Shown in pieces: positions 50,599 through 60,043 of a stretch of 64,000 bases of DNA. How positions within the stretch are numbered: the first letter of the stretch is position 1; each line of letters begins with the position of its first letter. The stretch is from Candidatus Micrarchaeota archaeon (GTDB taxonomy: Archaea > Micrarchaeota > Micrarchaeia > Anstonellales > Anstonellaceae), in NCBI GenBank assembly GCA_021814005.1, contig JAKAJC010000001.1, forward strand, positions 5,379-69,378. The letters run 5' to 3'. The translations under genes were made by a program, and so were the position numbers. The notes below the pieces were generated by a model. That model had not been told where the DNA came from. It worked only from the letters and a program-made list of their open reading frames with translations, and did no database searches.

Positions 50599-53500
50599 CT
50601 ACAGCTTGAGCACGGCCGCCTTGAGCTTCATGTCCTCGATTTCCCATTCTTTCACGAGGGCGGCGGTTGGCGCCGTGCCGGTTGTGTGAATGGCCTTGGC
50701 GCCGACAGTTTGCATGAGTGTTTTCTTGCGCGAGCTGGCGGCCGAGAGCAGTTCCTTGTCTCCTGCAAGCCACACTTCCACAGGCTGGCCGGGCTGCAGC
50801 TCCATTTCCTTGCGCATGGACTGGATGCGGCGGCCGATTTCGCGCTCCATTGCCTCTGCATAGAGCTCTGCGTCAATGACTGTCTTCAGATACACCTTGC
50901 CGCCGTCGAATTCTGCCAGCGCGTAGCCGTCCGAATGCTCGACAACATTTACCATTGCCGGTTCAATCTCCCATTTTTTGTCCAGCATCCACGGCTGCGC
51001 CCCGCGCAGGCCCTCGATGATTTCGGCCGGCCTTAATTTCTGCAAAGCAACAAGCACCTGCGGGGATTCGCCCTTGTGCTTGGCGCCAATTTTTGTTTTG
51101 TCAAGCGAGACTTCGAAAGTGGAGGGCGGCGCGCCCATTTTGGTGTGGCGCACATTGGCCATTGCCGCGATAAGGTCTGAAAGACGGGTGCATGCGGTGA
51201 CAACTTCGGTGGATTCTGACGCAATGCAGACATGCTCGGCAGGCCAGCGCAGTTTGAGGTTGGCGCGCCCGCGCGCATTGGCGGCCGCATTGAGGGCCGC
51301 GCGCGCATGATTCATCTGGACTTCCAAAAGCGGGTCGCGCCATGCCTGATTGACCTTGGGCCACGGCAGGAAACTGATTGACTCCTCTTCGCGCTCGCCC
51401 TTGAAAACCGTGATGTAAAGATGCTCGGTAACAAACGGAGTGTACGGGTGAAGCAGCTGCACTGTCATGAGAAGGCAGTCGTGCAGGGTGGAGAGGCCGG
51501 ATTCGGGATGCCGCTCTCCTGAGGAAATGCGCTGCTTGAGGCGCTTGAGATAGAAGCGGCTGACATCCTCGATAAGGAATTCCTTGAGAGCATAGAGCCC
51601 TTCGTGCGGTTCGTAATGCTCAAATGAATGGGTGACTTTTTCCACCAGACCCATGGTGCGCGAGCGCAGCCAGCGGTCTTCGGCCTCCAGCGTGTTTTCG
51701 GCAATGGGCTTGGACGGTTTTTTGTAAAACCGCGACAGCCACACGCCAAGATTCAGGAAAATGTCAAGGCAGCGGCGGCTCTCGTCCATTTCCTTGACAG
51801 AGAAGCGAAGGTCGTCCCACACTGTTGCCGAAAGGCCCCACAAGCGGAAAGAGTCGGCGCCGTATTTGGAGAGAATGTCTTCAAGAGGCATGAAATTGCC
51901 GACTGATTTGGACATTTTCTCGCCCTTCTCGTCCACGAAAAATCCGTGCATAAGCACAGACTTGTAGGGCGACTCGTTGTTGAGCACAGTGCCGCAGCCA
52001 AGAAGCGAGTAAAACCAGCCGCGCGTCTGGTCTTTGCCTTCCACAATAAATTCTGCCTGCAAACGGCCGTCTTTGGACCATTTCGCTGTTTCGGCCTCGC
52101 TTAGCTGAGCCCACACGGCCGTGCCCGAGTCAATCCATACGTCAAGCACGTCAGGCACGCGGTGCATGGTGCCGCCGCATGTGCAGGGGAATGTGACGCT
52201 GTCGATAGAGGGCCGATGAAGCTCGATTTTTTGAGAAGAGGCAGGCAGTTCGGAGCGCGAGCCGATGACTTTCCTCTTGTTGCATTCTTTTTTCTCGCAA
52301 ACCCAAATCGGCAGAGGTGTGCCCCAGTAGCGCTGGCGGCTGACGCACCAGTCGGGCGCGGAAACAACAAAGTCGCGGAATCTTGTTTTGGCAAAGTCGG
52401 GCTGGAATGAAATGTTGCGGTCGATTTCCTCCAGCATGCGGTCCTTGAGCTTGCTGACGGCGATAAACCACTGGTGCGTGGCTATGAAGATGAGCGGGCT
52501 TTTGCAGCGCCAGCAGTGCGGATAGCGGTGGCGGATTTTGCCCTGATGAATGAGCGCACCGTGCGCCTCTAAATCAGAAATTATGCCGGCATTGGATTCA
52601 CGGGCCGGTTTGCCCGCATACTGGCCTGCCTCGGCAGTGTAGTGCCCTGATGCGTCAACCGGTGAGAATGCGGGAATTCCGGCGCGCCTGCCCACTATGA
52701 AGTCCTCTGGTCCGTGGCCGGGGGCGCAGTGCACAAGGCCCGAGCCGTCCTCCATTGTGACAAACTCGTCCGAGAGCACCACCTTGCGGTCGTACACGTG
52801 CCCAATCTTGTCCTGCAAAGGATGCTCGTATGCAGTGCCTTCCAGCTTTTTGCCCGACGTTTCCCCGATTACTATGGGCGAGACAAGAGGGTCGAAAGCC
52901 ATGACAGAGTCAAGGCGCTCTTTTGCAACAATCCAGATTTCGTCGCGCACTTTTGCGCGCACATAGGCATGAGTCGGGTGGACCATGACTGCCATGTTGC
53001 CGACAAGAGTCCAGGGAGTGGTTGTCCAGATGACAAGGTATTCGTTCGGAGTGCCCTTGACTTTGAATTTGACATAAATTGACGGGTCTTCCTGCTCCTC
53101 GTATTCAAGCTCGTAGTTTGCAAGAGTGGTTTCGCAGCGCACGCACTGGGGCACGACATAGTGGCCGGGCGCGAGAAGGCCTTTTTCTTCCGACGCTTTG
53201 ATGGTGCGCCAGATGGCCTCGATATAGGAATCATGATAGGTGATGTAGGGGTGGTCGAAATCCATCCACACGCCGCAGCGCTGGAACTGGCCCGAAATAA
53301 CGCCGATATACTGGGTGGCGAAGCGCTTGCATTCTGTTATGAATTTGGCAACCCCGATTTTGCTCTCGATTTCTTTTTTGTTGTTGAGCTTGAGCGCCTG
53401 CTCAACCTTTACTTCGATTGGAAGGCCGTGGGTGTCGTAGCCGGGCCGGTCCTGCACGCAAAAGCCCTTTGCGCGCCAGAAGCGCAGAATGGAATCTTTC

Positions 53501-53670
53501 AAACATTTGTTCCACGCCGTGCCGGGGTGAATCTGGCCTGTCGCGTAGGGCGGGCCGTCAACAAAATAGAATTTGGGGCCGGCCGCGTTGCGCGCAACCA
53601 GCTTTGAGTAGATGTTGTGCTCTTTCCAGTATGAAATGATGTGATTTTCGATGGGTGCCAGGTCTGTCAT
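50599..53670 (-). CDS. ileS: Isoleucyl-tRNA synthetase
   Basis: 'PPYATGQIHPGTAWN' (HIGH), 'KMSKSVGN', CP1 editing domain and Zn-motif 'CWRC'. Start at MTDLAPIENH (53670). Confidence 0.95.
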   Translation of the reverse strand: MTDLAPIENHIISYWKEHNIYSKLVARNAAGPKFYFVDGPPYATGQIHPGTAWNKCLKDSILRFWRAKGFCVQDRPGYDTHGLPIEVKVEQALKLNNKKEIESKIGVAKFITECKRFATQYIGVISGQFQRCGVWMDFDHPYITYHDSYIEAIWRTIKASEEKGLLAPGHYVVPQCVRCETTLANYELEYEEQEDPSIYVKFKVKGTPNEYLVIWTTTPWTLVGNMAVMVHPTHAYVRAKVRDEIWIVAKERLDSVMAFDPLVSPIVIGETSGKKLEGTAYEHPLQDKIGHVYDRKVVLSDEFVTMEDGSGLVHCAPGHGPEDFIVGRRAGIPAFSPVDASGHYTAEAGQYAGKPARESNAGIISDLEAHGALIHQGKIRHRYPHCWRCKSPLIFIATHQWFIAVSKLKDRMLEEIDRNISFQPDFAKTRFRDFVVSAPDWCVSRQRYWGTPLPIWVCEKKECNKRKVIGSRSELPASSQKIELHRPSIDSVTFPCTCGGTMHRVPDVLDVWIDSGTAVWAQLSEAETAKWSKDGRLQAEFIVEGKDQTRGWFYSLLGCGTVLNNESPYKSVLMHGFFVDEKGEKMSKSVGNFMPLEDILSKYGADSFRLWGLSATVWDDLRFSVKEMDESRRCLDIFLNLGVWLSRFYKKPSKPIAENTLEAEDRWLRSRTMGLVEKVTHSFEHYEPHEGLYALKEFLIEDVSRFYLKRLKQRISSGERHPESGLSTLHDCLLMTVQLLHPYTPFVTEHLYITVFKGEREEESISFLPWPKVNQAWRDPLLEVQMNHARAALNAAANARGRANLKLRWPAEHVCIASESTEVVTACTRLSDLIAAMANVRHTKMGAPPSTFEVSLDKTKIGAKHKGESPQVLVALQKLRPAEIIEGLRGAQPWMLDKKWEIEPAMVNVVEHSDGYALAEFDGGKVYLKTVIDAELYAEAMEREIGRRIQSMRKEMELQPGQPVEVWLAGDKELLSAASSRKKTLMQTVGAKAIHTTGTAPTAALVKEWEIEDMKLKAAVLKL

Positions 53671-53689
53671 TGAAATCACTGAGTAGTGC

Positions 53690-54088
53690 CTAATCTGCGG
53701 CTGGTGCGGCCTCTTCTGCTTCGGGTTCATCATCGCCGCCTTTTAGTATCTGGCGGTCGTGCAGCCAGTCGATGAGGACAGGCAGCAGCAGGGAGGCGGC
53801 CAGAAGGCCCGAGAGCCTGCTCGCAAATGCCGAAGACGCGAACAAAAGGCCGAACACCAGCCATGCCGTGAGCACGAGGGCCAGATAGCCCATAAGGGGC
53901 TCGATGCGGTCTGCGCCCGAGCCGAAGCGCCATGTTGAGAGCAGAAGCTGGCCGATAAGAGCTGCCGCAATCGGCGTTGCGTAGACCAGCAGATGGGCGC
54001 CGGGCAGTATATGCATGCCCATTGCCAGCCAGCCGACGGCGAGGCCGCCGACCAGAATGTGCGGAATGTGGGGTATGGAATCAGTCAT
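53690..54088 (-). CDS. Hypothetical 4-TM membrane protein with acidic C-terminal tail
   Basis: 132 aa, hydrophobic, no recognisable family; located immediately upstream of ileS. Confidence 0.45.
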   Translation of the reverse strand: MTDSIPHIPHILVGGLAVGWLAMGMHILPGAHLLVYATPIAAALIGQLLLSTWRFGSGADRIEPLMGYLALVLTAWLVFGLLFASSAFASRLSGLLAASLLLPVLIDWLHDRQILKGGDDEPEAEEAAPAAD

Positions 54089-54212
54089 AAAGATAACCAA
54101 TAGTCGATAACGACGAAGAAGTAATGACCGAGAAGGTATTTAATGTTTGGTTTCGATGTCATGACAGGACGCAGACGACTTTGTGTGCCGCGAATCGGCC
54201 GAGTTGGCTATT

Positions 54213-55196
54213 ATGGCTTCTGATTCACCCATCGACATCACCCCTTGGACCGAGAAATACAGGCCCCACAAGCTGTCTGAGATTATCGGCCAGAAGGATA
54301 TTGTCAAATCCATGCACGGTTTTGTCAAGGCCGGCAACATGCCGCATCTGCTTTTAGCCGGCCCGCCCGGCTGCGGCAAAACAACAACAACGCTTGCCCT
54401 TGCCCGCGAGATGTACGGCGAGCAGGTGCATGAATGTCTTCTTGAGATGAATGCTTCGGACGAACGCGGCATTGATGTTGTGCGCGGCAAGATAAAGGAT
54501 TTTGCGCGCACTGTTCCTCTCGCGCGTGTCCCGTTCAAACTTATATTTTTGGATGAGGCAGACTCGCTGACTTCGGACGCCCAGTCGGCCTTGCGCCGCA
54601 CCATGGAAATGTATGTTTCTGCAACTCGATTCATACTTGGAGCCAATTATTCTTCAAAAATTATCGAGCCGATTCAGTCACGCTGCTCTGTTTTCCGCTT
54701 CAAGGCCCTTTCTGATGAAGAGATGAAGGAAATGGTTGGCCGCATTGCCGAGGCGGAGAAACTCAAGATTGAGGAGAAGGCTTATGCCGCGCTTGCCTAT
54801 GTTTCTGAAGGAGACATGCGCAGGCTCATCAATGCGCTTCAAGGTGCGTCGCTTCACGGCACGCATATCACAGAAGATGCGGTTTATCGCTTCGCCGCCC
54901 GTGCGCGCCCGAAAGAAATTCTTGAAATGATGCAGGCCGGACTGGACGGGAAATTTGTTGAAGCGCGGAAATTGTTGCATCGCCTGCTCACAGAATACGG
55001 CCTTTCGGGCGAAGACGTGCTTATTCAGATGTTCCGCGAATTGGACAATGTCAAGATCGATGAAAGGGCGAAGGCCGACCTTATCGACAGGATTGGAGAA
55101 TACAACTTCCGCGTTGTTGAGGGGGCGAATGAAGTAATCCAGCTTGAGGCGTGTTTGGCGCAATTGGCGGTAATCGGGAAGGAGAAGAAGGTGTAG
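54213..55196 (+). CDS. rfcS: Replication factor C small subunit
   Basis: 'PWTEKYRPHKLSEIIGQ', 'LLLAGPPGCGKTT', 'IFLDEADSLT' and 'SRC' motif 'QSRCSVFRF'. Confidence 0.95.
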   Translation: MASDSPIDITPWTEKYRPHKLSEIIGQKDIVKSMHGFVKAGNMPHLLLAGPPGCGKTTTTLALAREMYGEQVHECLLEMNASDERGIDVVRGKIKDFARTVPLARVPFKLIFLDEADSLTSDAQSALRRTMEMYVSATRFILGANYSSKIIEPIQSRCSVFRFKALSDEEMKEMVGRIAEAEKLKIEEKAYAALAYVSEGDMRRLINALQGASLHGTHITEDAVYRFAARARPKEILEMMQAGLDGKFVEARKLLHRLLTEYGLSGEDVLIQMFRELDNVKIDERAKADLIDRIGEYNFRVVEGANEVIQLEACLAQLAVIGKEKKV

Positions 55197-55197
55197 G

Positions 55198-55863
55198 ATG
55201 GGAGAAGTCTTAGTATGGATAACAGCTAACCTTCAGCCAAGAGATTTGATGCTGCCGGTAGTAGCTATTCTGACTGCATTCGCGTATTTCTTTGGAAAGA
55301 TAGTTATTAGAAAAGCAAGGAATGAGAAAGATATTTTGATTGGAGGATTCGGGTATCTATTTATTGGCATAGCACTTCCAGTAATTGGCTTAGCATATGC
55401 ATTGCCAACATTATACAGTACTTACAGTACCTTGCAGGGGGTACAATTGAATCAATTAGTTAACCTAACCGCAGATCTTTCTCTGATAAGTCATTTCCCA
55501 AATCTTTTGATATGGATTGCGTTTAGAGTATTAATAAGCGCCCTAACTTACGTGTTGACAGGACTCTCGGGAGTTCTAATTGAAATAACCCCATTATTGG
55601 GTATTCTGGCAATAACTGAAATTGGACCATGGATGATAAAGAATAAGAAAAAATTAGGAGTAAAAAGACTTTGGATTGCAGTTTGCTTTTTGCTTAATTC
55701 GGTAGCCATATTTTCGATAGCACATGCAGTAGTTAATGAAAATTGGCTTGAATTAGGAGCTTGGACGCTTTTTGGAATATATGCATTATGGACAGGAGCA
55801 TATGTTCTTTCAAAGCAACTAGATGTCCAAGAGATTTATTGGGGAGTAAAGGGGAATCTATAG
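55198..55863 (+). CDS. Hypothetical polytopic membrane protein encoded on a low-GC island
   Basis: 221 aa, about 6 TM, no family recognised. Sampled 60-nt lines give 30-37% G+C against 47-57% in the flanks. The ATG is 1 nt after the rfcS stop. Confidence 0.55.
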   Translation: MGEVLVWITANLQPRDLMLPVVAILTAFAYFFGKIVIRKARNEKDILIGGFGYLFIGIALPVIGLAYALPTLYSTYSTLQGVQLNQLVNLTADLSLISHFPNLLIWIAFRVLISALTYVLTGLSGVLIEITPLLGILAITEIGPWMIKNKKKLGVKRLWIAVCFLLNSVAIFSIAHAVVNENWLELGAWTLFGIYALWTGAYVLSKQLDVQEIYWGVKGNL

Positions 55864-55924
55864 TCTTAAAAGCAACTTCCCCCATAATTCCATTTAATCC
55901 AATATCTCGTGTGGAGGTCAAACC

Positions 55925-56878
55925 ATGGCTTTTAGTGACATCATATTCTGGCTTTTCGCCCTCGGCATCCCGATTGTGCTGGTGCTCGTATTCTTCAGCA
56001 TCCGCACCATCCGCCCCACCGAGCGCGGCATTGTGGAACGCTTGGGCAAATACCATGCATTCTACAATCCTGGCGTGGTCATTCTCATCCCCTTTATCGA
56101 CAATCTGGTGAAAATCAACATCACCGAGGAGATGGTGAATGCCGAGAGTCAGGAGGTTATCACCGCCGACTCGCTCAACGCGATGGTGGACGCCCAGATT
56201 TACTTCAAGGTGCAGACAGACGAGGACAGCGTCAAGAAAAGCCAGTACGCCGTCAATGACTACCACTACCAGATTGTGCAGTTGGCCCGCACAACGCTTC
56301 GCGCCATCATCGGCTCCATGACATTGACTGAGGCCAACACAAGCCGCAACAAGCTGAACCAGCTCCTTGCCTCCGAGCTGCAGGAGCAGACAAAGCAGTG
56401 GGGCATTCAGGTGGTGCGCGCAGAATTGAAAGAGATTCAGCCGCCGCAGGACGTTCAGCAGACCATGAACAAGGTCGTTATCGCCGAAAAGGAGAAGGTG
56501 GCGGCCATGGACTTTGCGGCCGCCGTTGAAACACAGGCGGACGGCCAGAGGCGCGCAGCCATCAAGCAGGCCGAAGGACAGAAGCAGGCGGCCGTGCTCT
56601 CGGCAGAAGGCGAGGCCATTGCGATTGCGCGCATTGCCGACGCCACAGCCAAACAGATTCAGGTTGTGAATTCGGCTGCCGAACAGTACTTCAAGGGCAA
56701 CGCAGTCACGCTGCGCCGCATCCAGATGGCTGAGACGGTGCTGCAGAGCAACACCAAAATCATTGTGCCGCAGGGCGCTGATTTGGTCAACGTGCTCGGC
56801 GACACGGCAGGCTTGAGCAAGGGCGGAATTTTGCCCCTGCCGGTGGGCAAGCCGTCGCAGACAACGTCCAAAAAGTAG
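55925..56878 (+). CDS. SPFH/band-7 (stomatin/prohibitin-like) membrane protein
   Basis: N-terminal TM followed by 'IRPTERGIVERLGKY...', 'VVRAELKEIQPP' and a coiled Ala/Gln-rich region. Confidence 0.9.
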   Translation: MAFSDIIFWLFALGIPIVLVLVFFSIRTIRPTERGIVERLGKYHAFYNPGVVILIPFIDNLVKINITEEMVNAESQEVITADSLNAMVDAQIYFKVQTDEDSVKKSQYAVNDYHYQIVQLARTTLRAIIGSMTLTEANTSRNKLNQLLASELQEQTKQWGIQVVRAELKEIQPPQDVQQTMNKVVIAEKEKVAAMDFAAAVETQADGQRRAAIKQAEGQKQAAVLSAEGEAIAIARIADATAKQIQVVNSAAEQYFKGNAVTLRRIQMAETVLQSNTKIIVPQGADLVNVLGDTAGLSKGGILPLPVGKPSQTTSKK

Positions 56879-56930
56879 TTTTCTTTTGTTTTTTAATTAT
56901 TTTTTATTTTTCTTTTTTCTATTCTTTTAT
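56879..56930 (+). terminator. Oligo-T / polypyrimidine tract (overlaps the pelota 3' end on the other strand)
   Basis: TTTTCTTTTGTTTTTTAATTATTTTTTATTTTTCTTTTTTCTATTCTTTTAT. Confidence 0.4.
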
Positions 56931-57968
56931 CGCATATCTCAAAAATGCGGCCAGCCCGCCCAGACCGGCCAGCTCGTGCCCGCCGTCGGATTCGTGCGAG
57001 AAAATCATCACGGGCGTTTTCATTTTTTCTGCCGTTTCGATAATGTCTTCAACATCTTTTCTCTGCCTCAGAATTTCGTCAAGCACCATCACTTTTTCGG
57101 CAGCGCCCGCTTCCACGGCCGCGCGCACGTTTTTCAGGCCGTAGCAGACCTTTTCAGAGCCCTTCGAAACGGCTGTTTTGAACTGCTCCATTGCCTCCAT
57201 TTCCAAAGCAACACGTTCGTCGGCAGCAACACGCGAGAGAATGCCTTTTTTCAAAAGTTCGTTAACGCCGGTTCTGTCTGCATAAGTGCAATGCTCGATA
57301 ACGAAACGGCCAGCCAGCTTCGCATCTTTCTCTTTGGCATATTTTGCAAAATTGTTCGGGGCAAAACCGGGGCCTGCCAAGATTATTTTGTTGGTTCCCT
57401 CCAGCCGCTGCAAACGGGCCAGCAATTCACCGTAAAACTGCGAGTGGGCTTCTGTCTGCCTTTTCGCCTCATCTCTTTTGCTGCCGGACCGCTCAAGCTC
57501 CCATTCGTAATTCACGCCATAGCCGCGCAATGAAGCTAACAATGCCTCGCGCTCGTCAAGCACCATCACGTGCACTTTGGGCCTCTTGGTTTCGGCGATT
57601 GCCTGCTTCAAACGCGAAAGATGGTGCTCTTTCCAGTCTTTGAAAATTGAAATAGGAAAGTTCGGCTCGGCATCGATTGTGTGGTATGAGCCTGTCTGCA
57701 CAAATTCCTCAGGTGTGCCGGAAACAATTTTGCCTGAGAGACGAAGGCGGTTTGCGTGGCGTGCAAATTCTATTTTTTCAAGCGAAAGAGTGACATTGAT
57801 TTTCTTTTTCTCGGCCGGCGAGTCGGGCGTGGCCTTGAAAGTGCGGAATGAGACCGCTTCCACCCTGTCTCCGCTGGCCAGAATGCGCTCCAGATGCCAA
57901 AGGTCTTCGAGGTTTTCGGGCGTGAGCCGAATCAGCCCCTCTTTTTTGTCTTGTTTGACGATTTTCAT
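56919..57968 (-). CDS. pelA: Pelota (aDom34) mRNA-surveillance / ribosome-rescue factor
   Basis: 'MKIVKQDKKEGLIRLTPENLEDLWHLERIL' and eRF1-like domains 2 and 3. ATG at 57968; the 436-aa track ORF over-extends. Confidence 0.9.
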   Translation of the reverse strand: MKIVKQDKKEGLIRLTPENLEDLWHLERILASGDRVEAVSFRTFKATPDSPAEKKKINVTLSLEKIEFARHANRLRLSGKIVSGTPEEFVQTGSYHTIDAEPNFPISIFKDWKEHHLSRLKQAIAETKRPKVHVMVLDEREALLASLRGYGVNYEWELERSGSKRDEAKRQTEAHSQFYGELLARLQRLEGTNKIILAGPGFAPNNFAKYAKEKDAKLAGRFVIEHCTYADRTGVNELLKKGILSRVAADERVALEMEAMEQFKTAVSKGSEKVCYGLKNVRAAVEAGAAEKVMVLDEILRQRKDVEDIIETAEKMKTPVMIFSHESDGGHELAGLGGLAAFLRYAIKE

Positions 57969-58004
57969 ATGGGTTAATAAACGAGGGGCAGATTGATATG
58001 GATT

Positions 58005-58202
58005 ATGGGCGGGACGACATACTACATCCTTGGCGTGCTGTGCCTTGCGGCAGGCGGACTTCTCTATTTTGACGTGCTGGGCGCAACCGCAGACCCTATT
58101 CGCCAGTGGGCCGGCACGATGTACGGCCTGGTGCCGGCTGCGCTCGGACTTATGGGGCTTGCCCTCTGCGGACTTGGATTTATCTTCAAAAGCAATGTCT
58201 AG
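58005..58202 (+). CDS. Small two-TM membrane protein
   Basis: 65 aa ('MGGTTYYILGVLCLAAGGLLYF...GLVPAALGLMGLALCGLGFIF') between the divergent pelA and ABCE1 genes. Coding status is uncertain. Confidence 0.4.
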   Translation: MGGTTYYILGVLCLAAGGLLYFDVLGATADPIRQWAGTMYGLVPAALGLMGLALCGLGFIFKSNV

Positions 58203-58265
58203 GCAGGCGGTAAGCATTAAATACGCCAAAAGACAGATATTAATCGACTGTTTAGGAGTTTAGCT

Positions 58266-60035
58266 ATGCCAAGAATTGCGATTATCGACCGCGACAAGTG
58301 CATCAAGGAGAGATGCGGCTATGTCTGCCAGAAAGTGTGCCCCGGAGTGCAGATGGGCGACGATACGGTGACGATTGACAAGGACGGCTTTCCGGTCATT
58401 TCCGAAGTGCTTTGCACCGGCTGCGGCATCTGCCCCAAGAAATGCCCGGTGGAATGCATCACAATCATCAATCTGGCGGCAGAGAACGGAGTGCCGGTGC
58501 ACCAGTACGGGGTGAATTCCTTCCGCCTCTACGGACTGCCTCTGCCGAAAGAGGGCGTGTCGGGCCTTATCGGCAAAAACGGGATAGGAAAATCCACAGC
58601 CCTCAAAATCCTCTCGCAGGGCGTGGAGCCGAACATGGGCAACTACGCGCACCCGCCGAAAATGGAAGAAGTGTTCAATCTGATGCCGCGCGAGATGGGG
58701 ATGCATTTGCGCAATCTGTTTGACAAGAAGGTGAGAGTGTCCCTAAAGCCGCAGAATGTTGACAAGATTCCGAGCGCTTTCAGGGGCAAAGTGAAGGAGC
58801 TTTTGCAAAAAGTTGACGAAAGGCACGTGCTTGACGAGGCAACCACCCTTTTCGATTTGCACGATGTCATGAACAAGAATCTTAACCAGATTTCGGGCGG
58901 AGAGTTGCAGCGCGTTGCAATCGCGGCCGCGTGGTGCAAAGACGCCGACCTCTATTATTTCGACGAGCCGGCCTCTTATCTTGACATAGAGCAGCGTTTG
59001 CGCTGCGCGCGCGCCATCAAGCAGCTGGCCGAAAAGAAAAGCGTCATTGTTGTGGAGCATGATTTGGCGCTTTTCGATTATGTCAGTGACTATGTTTACG
59101 TTTTCTACGGACAAGAAAATGCCTACGGTGTTGTGTCGGGCGTGAAGAATACGCGCGCCGGCATCAACCAGTATTTGGGCGGATTTTTGCGCGAGGAGAA
59201 TGTGCGCTTCCGCGACCATGAAATCAGATTTGCGCGCACCTCCACAGCATCGGAGAGAAAAAGCAAGATTAAACTGCGCTATCCAAAACTGGCAAAGAAA
59301 TGGGGCGCGTTTTCATTTGAGGCAGAAGCGGGCCAATTGCATGAGGGCGAAGTGGTCGGAATATTGGGCCGCAATGCGATTGGAAAATCACTTTTCGTAA
59401 AATTGCTGGCAGGCGTTGAGAAAAACGAATCCGGTGAGGAGCTGGAACAGTCGCTCAAAGTGTCTTACAAGCCGCAGTATGTCAAGGCATTGCCGGGCGT
59501 GACGGTGCAGCAGCTGTTTGCGCAATACAAGCTTGACACTGCATTTTTCGAGGAGGCGCACCGCAAGCTGAATGTCGCCTCGCTGATGGACAAGGAGCTT
59601 GACTGGCTCTCTGGCGGAGAATTGCAGCGTGTGGCCATTGTGCTGGCGCTCTCACAAGAGGCAGAATTGTATTTGCTGGACGAGCCTTCCGCATTTTTGG
59701 ACATTGAGCAGAGGCTGCATTTGGCAGACCTTTTGCAAAGGCTTATTGCAAATTCGGGAAGAATGGCCATGGTTGTAGACCACGACCTTGTGTTTTTGGA
59801 TGCAATCTCTTCGCGCGTTATGGTTTTCACCGGCACGCCCACCGTGCACGGGCAGGCGTATGCCCCTGCAAAAAAGCGCGACGGGCTCAATGCGTTCCTT
59901 AAACAGATGGATATCACGCTGCGCCGCGACCCGGACACCGGCAGGCCGCGCATCAACAAGCCTGATTCGGCATTGGACCGCGAACAGAAGACGGCTGGCG
60001 AGTATTATTACTACGACCCGGACGCGAGCGAGTAG
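58266..60035 (+). CDS. abcE1: ABCE1 / RNase L inhibitor homologue (ribosome-recycling ATPase with N-terminal 2x[4Fe-4S] domain)
   Basis: 'RIAIIDRDKC...CQKVCP...CTGCGICPKKCP' and two ABC cassettes (GKNGIGKST, GRNAIGKSL, LSGGELQRVAI twice). Confidence 0.95.
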   Translation: MPRIAIIDRDKCIKERCGYVCQKVCPGVQMGDDTVTIDKDGFPVISEVLCTGCGICPKKCPVECITIINLAAENGVPVHQYGVNSFRLYGLPLPKEGVSGLIGKNGIGKSTALKILSQGVEPNMGNYAHPPKMEEVFNLMPREMGMHLRNLFDKKVRVSLKPQNVDKIPSAFRGKVKELLQKVDERHVLDEATTLFDLHDVMNKNLNQISGGELQRVAIAAAWCKDADLYYFDEPASYLDIEQRLRCARAIKQLAEKKSVIVVEHDLALFDYVSDYVYVFYGQENAYGVVSGVKNTRAGINQYLGGFLREENVRFRDHEIRFARTSTASERKSKIKLRYPKLAKKWGAFSFEAEAGQLHEGEVVGILGRNAIGKSLFVKLLAGVEKNESGEELEQSLKVSYKPQYVKALPGVTVQQLFAQYKLDTAFFEEAHRKLNVASLMDKELDWLSGGELQRVAIVLALSQEAELYLLDEPSAFLDIEQRLHLADLLQRLIANSGRMAMVVDHDLVFLDAISSRVMVFTGTPTVHGQAYAPAKKRDGLNAFLKQMDITLRRDPDTGRPRINKPDSALDREQKTAGEYYYYDPDASE

Positions 60036-60043
60036 GAAAACGT

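Noticed and set aside
55207-55869. AGTCTTA words at both ends of the low-GC island, considered as target-site duplications
   Set aside because: A 7-nt match in AT-rich sequence is expected by chance. No inverted repeats, integrase or transposase are present.
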